This document shows, piece by piece, positions 26,525 to 37,300 of a stretch of 64,000 nt of DNA (within the stretch, counting starts at the first letter, position 1; every line of letters begins with the position of its first letter). The DNA lies in the NCBI GenBank assembly GCA_046563655.1, contig CM102283.1:1674001-1738000 (forward strand), read 5' to 3'. The notes under the pieces are model-generated. The model did not search any database and was not told the DNA's origin. It saw only the letters and a list, made by a program, of their open reading frames with translations. The DNA comes from Yuukianura sp. NJ FZ-2021. Lineage: Eukaryota. Position numbers and translations under genes: made by a program.

Positions 26525-27495
26525 ACGCAAACACCAACATAATCAGCACAGCCGAAATATCTGAAAATAAAGTATAAAAAGAAATTTGGCGGTAAAATTT
26601 TCGTGGTTTAAAAATAAACTCTTTTCGTTTTGGACACCAAATATATGGAACTTGGTACGTGTGATGTGCAATTTTGATAGCCTTTATTGAATATTTTGCG
26701 ATCTCTTCTGCTGTCGCCATTTTAATAAGCTCCTTAGTATACAATTTATTTTTGTAAGCCATTTTTTTATAACTAAAATGTAAATCAGCGGAATAAAAGT
26801 AAAGAAAAAGGAGTCAAATTTTTGTGGAGTATTAACGTGCAAGAAGGTAAAGCCTAACTAACGTAACAACCTAACCAACCAACCAACCAACCCTAACCAT
26901 TTGGCGTTTAAAAATTCAGCGGCTAAAAGCAACTGAAAGAATATATTTTCCGTTCTACAAGATTAAGTAGTCTAAAAAGCATTTTAAAAACTTTTTAAAG
27001 CTTACTGACGTCTTAATTCATTATGTTTGCTACCACTTTATTCTTTTAAGTGGTTAAATTTCTTATTTATACCATCTCTTCTACAAGCAAACCTCCTACT
27101 CCTGAATTTATTATGCTAACTGGAGAACACAAAAGGTGACTTGCATTGAAAATTCTTACATGCTACAACTCGAAAAAACGGAAGTGAAGTCCCCCCTTTT
27201 CCCTTCATGTCCAAACAGCTCAAAAAACACCAAATGCAAAGAAGCGTGGTCTCCCACCAAATTTGTTTTTTGCTTAAAACGACTGAAAATGACTCAAAAC
27301 GTAACAAAAAGTGAACAGGAGAAAAGTTGGGCCAACGAGTATCTTTTCTGTATCCGAACAAGTCTGTGTTCAGTTTAAAATTTAACAAAAAAATCCGCTC
27401 AAAAACGCCAAAGTCAAAAAACATGTGGTGCAGGCGTAGTTTAGCGTTATAATTAACTTTTTTTAGTATTTCAGAAAAGCTTCGAGAGTAAGAAT

Positions 27496-29520
27496 TTATT
27501 TTCTGATTACTAAATATTCGGAAATGTTGAAGATGCACATGGATATAACTGCTATAGAGAGGACAACAAATGCAGATCCAAGGTCATTTATGGTTAAGGG
27601 AGACGCCGATAGCCCATGAATCTAGCATTACAAAAAAAGACATAAAAAATGTTTGAGTATCAACAAAATATTTTTTGAATGTGAATTTGAGTTTTTGAAA
27701 ACCTTGAGTTCACCGCCAACATCGTCATCACACTCCGTTTGGTCATTGAACCATTTGTTTTCCAGATCAGGCAAAACTCCTTGTTCGTTCAAATCCAAAA
27801 TGGCCAGATCAATTTCCTTTCTGTCACATTATAATTAACTTTACGTTAATTAACTTTAATTAATTTTTTAAATGTTAACTATTTAGCTGTAAAAATGTTT
27901 ACTGTGGGATTTTAGGTGAATTTTTAGGCATGGCCACTCCGTAGCCCTTTTTTGGTCCAAACAATTGCGGGGCAACGGTTAGGTCGCAGGGCTTGCGTAC
28001 TGTTGCAAATTTAGCAGCAAGTGACTCCATTAGAAAGGCAAAAGATCCTTTTAAAAAAAAAACAAAAATTTCAAAAAAAAATCAAAATTTTGAAATGTCG
28101 AAATTTGTTTTCTTATACCGTTAGAACTGCGAACTTTTCTGATGCCTTGGTCGTACGACCCCAAAAGCCCTTTCCGCTCCAACATTTTTCGGTACATGAA
28201 TTCAATCAAGTCATCCGACATTGAGGACTAAGATTAAACAAAAACTTAAGTTAATCATGACTTTTAGTTAATTAATTGATGTTAAGTTAATCAACTGATG
28301 ATTAATTTTACTCTGAAGTAGTTGAATGTAGATCCGGAGCGTAGTATTCCGTACTCTACTTCCGTTTGATTCGCAAGTTCTTGAATTGAATTGATTTGGA
28401 GCGGCGTTGAAAACGTTCCGGAACGGAGAAGGAGATTGGCCATTTTTGCCGCCAAGAAATTTGTGGACAAAATGGCAAGAACGAAAAGCAGAAAAATTAT
28501 GAATCCGAATTGCAAACATTGCACCGACACGCAACTAAAAAATGCGTTTTTCGAAAAAAAAAATTGAATAAAAATTTTTGAGGAAACTTTTTTTTAAAAA
28601 AGTTGGACTTACGTTTTGACCCATTTGGGATAGATGTGGATAACTCTTTGCGTGATGTATTTGTTGAGAATGTGAAGCATGAAAAGGGTGAGTACCGTAA
28701 TGGTTCCAATAATGAGCCAAAGTCCGGTTGAGAATTGACCTCCGACAGAAGTGTCAATATCAGTAGACGTCGTCGTGACCTCTAACCCCTGCGGTTTCTT
28801 CATCAGAATGCCCAACCGTGCTTGCATATATGGCAGCGAAAAGTCAACAGCGTCTAAACGACTTTTACTTATTGTCAAATCAGCAATGGCAAAATCTGCT
28901 TCCTTTAAAAAAAATTAAATTCACTTAATAATTTTATGAGTTGCTTTTATTTTTGTGGCTGTTTTCTTAAATTTAATTTGTTTTTATTGTTGCAATTGTC
29001 TAAATGAGCGTTTACCCCAGAAATTAAGGCGCCAATCATCCCGTTCCAGGTTCCATTTGTAACGTCTCGTACGCCGTAATTTCCTTCAGGCTCTACTTTT
29101 AGAATGTCTGAAATCATTTGAGGTTAACTCCAATTAAATCGCTTAAATATAAACTGTTAGCTAACGTAACCTAAGCTAAATAAATTACAATCTGAGTTTA
29201 ATTACAATTTCGGTTTAGTTTTTGAAACAGTTTGTCCATGAAATCCTTTGAGAATCCTTCGTAACGATCATTTCCTTCCATAAGTGGATCATCCACACGC
29301 ATTAGGAATGGATCGGCCTCAAATTGTTGGAATAATTATATAAAACTATACATAAATTAATTCTGTTTTGAGTACATTAACAGTTTAAAAAATAAGTTAA
29401 ATAGGTGTTTACCAAAACACTTATAACAACCAGCGGTGGACCGTCAGTAGTTACAATAACAGTAGATCCGAGTAGCACCAATGATATTGCGAAAATCCAT
29501 TTGCAATTTTGTAAAGACAT
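27496..29520 (-). CDS. Ionotropic glutamate receptor-like protein without ATD and without the M2 pore loop
   Basis: Nine exons splice in frame: signal peptide, S1 (NDRYEGFSKD, WNGMIGAL, ADFAIADLTISKSRLDAVDFSLPY), M1, M3-like helix, S2 (YGILRSGSTFNYF, FAFLMES, KPCDL, GYGVAMPKNSP, LENKWF), M4, TAA at 27496-27498. Confidence 0.85.
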
Positions 29521-29962
29521 TTCAGCGCGACATTGAACAATTAAAATCTTTACTTCAAATTTAATATAAATTCTTAAAAAATCAAAACATTTATAAATTG
29601 AATATATAAAGGCCTTAAAACCTTACACAGAGCCTATAAAATAGACGACCAAACTTTGTGGAACGGAAACCACAGTTAATTAGCAAACTAAGATGAATTT
29701 TTTGTCATCTCCTTTACGTTGCGTCATTAAGTGAACGACAAATGAACTCTAATTGTCATTCTCCCTTTAAAGAAATTACGAAGGTTGTGTTGTGGTCAAA
29801 TTTTGAACTAGTTTGTGACATGCGACGTAAATAAGTAATAAATAAAACCGTAATTTTGACATGTAGTGAAAGGCGAACCGGAATTCACGGTAGAAAACCA
29901 TAGTGTACTATGCAGGAACAGTAAGAAATGGTTTCGGTAAATCAAAGTTTGCATTTTGATTG

Positions 29963-30166
29963 TTGCTGGTCGTGATGATTACCATTGTGCAGGTCATCCC
30001 GTCCGCGTTCAACCTGTTGCTCTTTGCTGGTCTGCCTGATTTTCTCGTTGATTTTTGCCATGGAAAATACTAGAAGTCTCTTGACAAAAATCTTACCGCT
30101 CCGCTTGATGTAATCGACTGTCAAGTAATCGGAAACAAATCGGCGTGTAATGCCGGCAAATTACAC
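29963..30166 (+). pseudogene. Degenerate copy of the Nav domain III S5/pore-loop exon
   Basis: Aligns by eye to 42246-42457 (atggaaaatacta.aagt.tcttgacaaaaatcttac.gctccg...gtaatcgac...ggaaacaaatcgg); in-frame TAG, indels. Confidence 0.85.
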
Positions 30167-30723
30167 AAAGTCAACTTTTCTGTTGCACAACTTTTTAATT
30201 TCGAAAATTAAATTAGTCACACCGGCGGCACATTTCGAAAAGATTCATTCAAACAAACAACTTTACCCATACTAAACTCCATTCTAAAGCAATGCTTTTG
30301 CATTCATTTTTGTTCCAGAGATCCAAACTGTTATTTGGAAGGACTTGACCAAACATAGTATGCTGTTGTTGTATTTTGAACTGAAGTTGAAAGCCGAACG
30401 GGTTCATGAACTAGATAAATTCTACTACAGACAAAGGAAGAATAAATTTGATTTGGATATATTCCACTTTAAGATGTTCAGGTTTGTGAAAAACACTATT
30501 GTTGATAAATAAATTGGGTTGATAACCTAACCTATCCATCAACCCAATCTTAAAATTGTAATTGCAGTTGAAATTTGTTATTTAAAGCTAGCAAAGAAAC
30601 TTTTTTTTTGTTCATTCTCGCTCTGGAACAAGCTGACGTGAAACCGTCTGTCTCGGGTGTTTTCTAAAGTCTTTGCTGAATTCTAGATTTTCATCGTTTG
30701 ACGGAACACCGCGCGCAAAAATA

Positions 30724-33320
30724 ATGAAGTAAAACTCTTCGAAAACTTTACATCAGTTTTTTTACCTTTTTTTAAACTTAATTTTTTTGAAGTTTGTTTA
30801 GAACACAAGCGTTGTTGTGGATTGGTCTCGTCGCCTACCTCACGATAAACGTGAGTTTAACCCAAGAAATTTAGGGAGCACGCCATTGGTTCAAATGAAT
30901 TGGTTCTAAACACTTTGGTTCGAAGGAATTGGTTCAAATCGAATTGGTTCTAAAGGTAAATTGGTTCAAACAAAATTGGTTCTAAAAAAATTGGTTCTAA
31001 AGGTAAATTGGTTCTAAAGGTAAATTGCTTCAAATCATGTTGGTTCTAAAAGAATTGTTTCTAACGCCGAATTGCTTCTAAAAAAGTTGTTTCTAAACCC
31101 AAATTGGTTCTAAAGGTAATTTGCTTCAAAAAATATTAAAAAGTTCTTCACAAAATGAAGCTTCTAGAGACACTCCAGCACAGCCTCGTAGAAAGAAGTA
31201 TCGTGACCTTGAAGTTCGACTTTTAAAAATTGTTGAGGGTTTTGGGAATTTGCCAGTTACAGATTATTTGGAAGGTGTTGCCCATAACATAGGGTTTTAT
31301 GTTTAAATAAATTGGTTAATTTTCATGCGTCCTACTGATAGTTTAAGTTTTGTAATGTTTGGTATTACTTTGTTAAGTTTATAGGTTAGTATTTATAGTC
31401 TAATTGGGTAATTTGAAATTAGTTTTAGAACTTGAACTAGAGTTGAATTGTGTTTTTTCGTTACGCGCTTTCGTACTCTTGATGGCCATTTTTCCTAATT
31501 TCTTGGTTTTCAAACATTTTTCATAATGACATTTGATTTTGTTAAAATAAACATTTTTGCAACAAACAACTAAATTGCGAACTAGTACGCAAATTTGAAA
31601 TTATTTTTGAAGCAAATTACCTTTAGAACCAATTTGGGTTTAGAAACAACTTTTTTAGAAGCAATTCGGCGTTAGAAACAATTCTTTTAGAACCAACATG
31701 ATTTGAACCAATTTACCTTTAGAACCAATTTACCTTTAGAACCAATTCCTTCGAACCAAAGTGTTTAGAACCAATTCATTTGAACCAATGGCACGGACCC
31801 GAAATTTACATATTCATTATAGTTGGAGTTAATTAAATGATTTAGTTGTGTTACTTTTAGTTTCAATTTAGTTTAGTTATTTTCAATTAGTTTATCATTA
31901 ATTGCTTTACTGTAGGCTGCTCTCGGCGACGACGCCTGTAAAAGTGATTCGGACTGTCGATCCGAGATTGGCCGTCAACGGGGTCATCTGGGTAAGATAG
32001 GCCGTTGTACCAACGCGTCTACAGCTGGGTACCGCGACGGTTGCTTGTTTATAAACCCTGTACGTAAATATTACACCAAATAATTATAAATCTAAATTAT
32101 TATTTTAATATACTAATACATTATAAGCCGTGTAGTAATACCGAGTGCCTAAACGGAACGTGAATAACCCTTAGCAAAAGAACTGAATTAATTTTATAGA
32201 AATGGAAGTACAGATAATAATGTGAACTATACGTTTGCTTAATTACAAATGAACTCCCAATTTAATTAACTTAACTGCTCAATCACAGCCTAAAGAGTGT
32301 AAGAAAAACGATGACTGTAAAAATGTTAGAAAAGATTGCAAGGTGGGCAATGGCTTCGTCCTCTCCTGCTCCAAAAGCGTTTGTTACTGTGAACTACAAA
32401 AGGTAACAAAATAACAAAGTACACAATATATATTGTATATATATGTTGTGTATATATATATATATATATATATGTTATGTATATATACAATCTCACGAAA
32501 CGTTTACCGAACCCAATTATGTTTTGCTTTTTTCTAAACTAATTTTTGTCTTTAAGTGCCGCTCTGATGCTGACTGCTCAAAGCATAAGTGCCCACATCC
32601 CTCCTTTTGTAAGACTTTTCTTACGTTACTGCCTGTACATTTCGTTCTATACTAATCTGTTAAATTACATAATGCGATGTTACGTGTTTCTTAGCGGGTA
32701 TATATTCAAAACCACGCTGTGCTGGTGTAGGTGTGAAGGGCAGGGAGTGTCTTTGTGTAACGGAAAAAACGCCAAAAAGTGGTGTCGCGGTAAGTGAACT
32801 CCTAAAACACAACATGCATAGTCGGATGAAGTACATGTTTCATAACCGGAAGCATATATTAGACTAGGTTTCTAACTTGCCGTTAGGCAAATTAAAGGCC
32901 TGGGTTGTTACGTACGTCACCGAATTGACAGACTAAAGTCCAAATGAAACGCATCCGTGTTGAACTATGATGATATGTTCAATATAATTTTATTGGCAAC
33001 ATGTTATTGTTTGTTGTAGTGTTCCCATAGTTCCGACTGTAGAACGAGGATTAATTGTAATGCACCAGCTTCAACCAAGGTCTGCTTTCGAGATGTTTGT
33101 CGATGTTTTCAAGAAGTAATTAATACTGGCGTGTTTAAGTTTTTTCGAAAATTCAAAATAGGTACAAGGAATAAAGCTGCTCGTTTCTTGTTTTTAGTGC
33201 ACGACCGCCAAGGACTGCTACAAGCAAATTCGATACAAAGATGGCTCGATAGAATGTGTACCAGAGATGCCCTATTGCTTTGTTACTGATAAAACGTGGG
33301 ATAATAATATCTTCTCTTAA
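30724..33320 (+). CDS. Secreted protein of about 225 aa with five tandem cysteine-rich modules (C-x4-D-C...C...C...CxC)
   Basis: Exons 30724-30728, 30802-30850, 31916-32059, 32289-32402, 32557-32608, 32695-32789, 33020-33115, 33198-33320 all GT-AG and phase-compatible; signal MKTQALLWIGLVAYLTINAALG; last exon boundary least certain. Confidence 0.75.
30874..31800 (+). mobile_element. Non-autonomous Mutator/Phantom-like foldback transposon with transposase C-terminal remnant
   Basis: 8 bp TSD gaaattta (30866-30873, 31801-31808); long TIRs built of aattggttctaaa repeats (about 30874-31135 and 31600-31800); internal RRKKYRDLEVRL...DYLEGVAHNI resembles MULE transposase ends. Confidence 0.85.
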
Positions 33321-34397
33321 CCCACTCTTGTATTCTTCAAAAAAAATTTGTGTAGGCTTCTAGCTTGAATTGTAGTGAACATAAAAAGTATGTAGGGAAC
33401 AATAAAACCGTTCTAAACCTCGTGCATTTTCTGTTACCATGTTTGGGCTACTACAATACGGTTGACTCGAAAACAGGTAAAAAATATGGGCTACCCCAAT
33501 AACTCTATTTCAACAAGGATTAATTCACAGTTATCTTCCCGCATGTTACACCTAATCGTTGTCAATAATATATCACACCAGACCTCAATACATCTTCGTA
33601 ATTTGCAACGATCGTCTGCGTCTTTGGCGCGGGAAGACAAGGAATTGAAATTTATTGAAGTATCGCTTATTGAGAATAGCTCTCTGATTGAAAGCAGCCA
33701 TTCATGGAGGTGGAGTAGCCCTTATTAATGTACCGTTCAATTGTCCTTTACGAAAATTGGTTGGCAGTATTTGCAGTGACTCACTGGGTTGTAGAATATC
33801 CATGCATGCACAACAGTCCATTCGACTACAACAGTCAACTACATTTGTTAACTTAATAATAATAATTCATCTAAAACTCAGTTGCGGTTTTGCTGTACAG
33901 TACTCAACTTCAACTACCAACAGGAGTAACTCGAATAAAGTTTTGAAGATTGTGGTATTTCACACTTCCAGCTATTTCAAACTTGTTTTTAATTAACTAG
34001 TTTGTGACCAGTGACGTAAAAACAGGAATTTTTACACGTAGAGAAACGTTTGGCAAACAAGGTTGACAGCGACGCCAAAAATTTTCACTCGCAGACGCGA
34101 ATTTTTTGCGAGAGTGGAAGCAATATGCTTTCTCCCAAGTGGGTAGTGGCTTCCTTTCACTCTGTGTCATGCCTAATGTAAATTTGCAACGAATCGATTC
34201 CAACTTATGTTTTTTCGTGTCTTCACTTCCAGAAGGTCCACATTTTGGACTTTCCAAGACCATACCGACCAGTAACAAATTGAGCTAGACTTCTGGAAAA
34301 ACCAAACCAAGTGGGAAGGGAACAAACTACAGTAGTTGACCCCGTTCTGCTTCTGTCCCACTGTTAGTTGTTTGGGGGTCAACAAGGTCAAGGGGTC

Positions 34398-37300
34398 ATG
34401 TCAACCCGTTCTGCAAGTGTCGTGCAGGACACAAGGCCTCCCTTCCGACCATTCACGAGAGAGTCCTTGGTCAGGATCCAGAGTCGCATTTCAGAAGAAT
34501 ATGCCAAAAAGAAGGAACTGGAAAAGAAGAGGGCTGAGGGCGAGGTGAGTTCACTTTTGTCATTAAATATTATTATGGAATATATCACAATTTAATATAA
34601 TAATTCAAACAATTTAAAAGCAATACTGACTCAAACCGGTATCTAGTAGTGCGTAAAGATGAGCGTGACAATTTTTTTTCATTAACAATTAATTTCTGTA
34701 TTGAAATGAAAAGTAGTGAATAGTATTTCGTATAGTTATACTCAACATGTTTATAGTTAATCGTTCATTTTAATTATAAGTGTAATTAAGAATTATTAAT
34801 TAACACTGGGTGTAAAATGATCAACTAACATTTGGTTTTTTAGTGTGCATAAATTTGTTATTGTTCCATAGGATGAGGACATTCGTAAGATCAAGAAAAC
34901 GAAAAAGGAAGTAAGGCTAAAAAGTTTACACCGAGCGATAGTCTTTTAGGAAACATTTTTAGACCATTTTAATAGAATTTTTAGACGTTTTTTTTTGACA
35001 ACTGGATTGAATTTTTAGTCGTTTGAGTTTGTAGTTGATTAGGCACCCTTGATATTTATTTTTAGTCCATGTATTTTCCAATAATTGATTTCATTTCATT
35101 TGATATTAGAATGGTATATAGTGTAGTCTCTAGCCATATTTGTTAGTAGTCTATAGACAATTTTTCTAGACAAATTTTAGTGCCTGTGTTATGCGAAAAT
35201 AGAATAATCGATAGAGTAGTCGGCCGAAGCACAATAGGCGGGGCATTACTAAAATTTACAGGCTTTTAGTCCTTCGCTTGTTACGAAATGAACACGCTAT
35301 ATGAAGAAACATTTTGCTTACAAACTAAACTTGCACGAAGCTTTGTACCTGCGGTTACCGAATATTACAAATGTTTTGCTAGAACTTGTAGTTAATTAGG
35401 TTTAGACTACGTTGTATCACCATGTTTCAAGTACCGCAGTAAAAGTTGAAGCAAGTAACTAAAATATCATTGGTTACGTTAGGTTCGGTATGAAGAAGAG
35501 GATGAAGACGAAGGGCCCCGTCCGAATGCCAACTTGGAGCAGGGAATGCCACTGCCAATTCGCCTGGCAGCAGCATTTGTACCAGAAATGGCTTGCACGC
35601 CACTCGAAGACATTGATCCATTCTATGCAAATCAGGCTGTAAGGTCACTTATCGCTATTTTGTAAACTGATTGTGGTTTTTTTTGTTAAATGTTTGAAAT
35701 TTCAAAATTTTGAAACTCATTAGACGTTCGTAATCGTGAGTAAGAAGAAGGACATTTTCCGGTTCAGTGCGACGGATGCCGTGTGGCTCCTGAGTCCCTT
35801 CAACCCCATTCGGCGTGTTGCCATCGCCATCTTGACGCATGGTCTCTTCACTCTCGTCATCATCACGACCATCCTCACGAACTGTATGGTCATGATCATG
35901 CCAGCATCACCAGTCACAGAGTCAACGGAGTAAGTGGCAACATTGCATGGCAACAGCATAACTTCCGTAGTCAACATGTGTTAGACCTGTGTATTGACCA
36001 AGTGGTTGTTGATCTAATTGTGTTGAACTAATTGTTGTTTGGTTGCAGAGTGATCTTCACTGCCATCTACACCGTGGAGAGTTGTGTGAAGGTTATGGCA
36101 CGAGGATTCATCTTAGAAAAGTTCACATACCTTAGAGACCCTTGGAACTGGCTAGATTTCGTAGTAATCTCCCTTGCGTGAGTTCTAACATTCTAGTATT
36201 ATTTATAGTACTTTTTAATACAATTTATAGTACATTTTAGTAGTTTATAGACTTTTTTAGACTGGTTACTAAATTGATTAACTTACTTTGATAGTCAAGT
36301 TTAGTAGGAGTTAGTGTGTACTCAAGTTGCCGCTATTTTTGAAATTCTTAGACCAGTTTTTCCTATTGGTTGCCATTTTGCTCGTTGTTGCTTCTGTCTA
36401 GCTCCGCTTGACTTTCAACTCTTATTGTTGGTCTCTGGACACCAACAAGGAACTTTTCAAAAAAAAATTTGTTTTGGTTTTTCCAAAAATGTTTTGTCTA
36501 TTCTTTTACTAACTTTCCATTTAAAAAAATGTATATAATTCACATCCGAGTTTAACTGACACTTCTATGTTAATCCAAAGTGTGCTGTCTGCTAACATCA
36601 AGCAATTCTGTGCAAAAGAAAAGCTAAAACGTCAAAACGTGCTGCAGCAGGTTCTAATTAAGCCAATACTTGAACAGGACACTTCAAAATTTTTGTCCCT
36701 GAACTAATTTTACTTCTTTCTAATGTAGATATGTGACGATGGGCATCAACCTTGGCAACCTCGCAGCATTGAGAACATTTCGAGTCCTGCGAGCCCTCAA
36801 GACAGTCGCCATCGTACCAGGTTGCCATCCATCTTTTCAAAAGACCTCTTGACCTGTGACATTTGTGACCTTGACCTTTGACCTTTGATTTGTTTGTAGG
36901 TCTGAAGACTATCGTGGGTGCTGTGATTGAGTCGGTGAAGAACTTGCGAGATGTGATCATCCTCACGATCTTCTCTCTGTCAGTGTTTGCTCTGGTGGGA
37001 CTTCAGATTTACATGGGGGCCCTTACGCAGAAGTGTATCAAGGACCTCCCATGGGATCCTTCCTGGAACGAATCTGAGTACTACGAACGAGTGAAGGTTC
37101 ATAACAATAATTCGGACAATTGGGAGTGGGATCCTGTTTTGGAAGAGTACATCTTATGCGGTAACTATACTGGAGCTAGGTAAGCAAATATTTAGATTTG
37201 GCTGCAACACAGTAATCAGAAATGGATAATTTCGAAATCAGGTGTAGTATTTCATTTTCGAAATATTTTTGGAAATTTTGAAAGATGTAAACAGCCGAAT

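Larger units (their letters stand above)
24540..26762 (-). pseudogene. Gustatory/odorant-receptor-like multi-pass membrane gene, two exons, disrupted by a MITE in exon 1
   Basis: Exon 1 26762-26176 and exon 2 25309-24540 join in phase 1 (KR-E-NSFEVSQR); many hydrophobic segments; C-terminus RSLRPCYIRFG...IVDNTVNLQLTF; frame is open once the MITE and one TSD are removed. Confidence 0.7.

Noticed and set aside
27116-27538. 140 aa minus-strand ORF after the iGluR-like gene
   Set aside because: Out of frame with the last exon; AT-rich 3' UTR composition
30885-31130. Regularly spaced short repeats resembling a CRISPR array
   Set aside because: No unique spacers; mirrored at 31600-31800 as transposon TIRs; eukaryotic context
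32425-32490. (TA)n tract and ORF 32443-32655
   Set aside because: Simple intronic microsatellite; only 32557-32608 is exonic
33400-34300. Several short ORFs upstream of the Nav ATG
   Set aside because: No recognisable motifs or splice-compatible exons; likely promoter or 5' UTR intron
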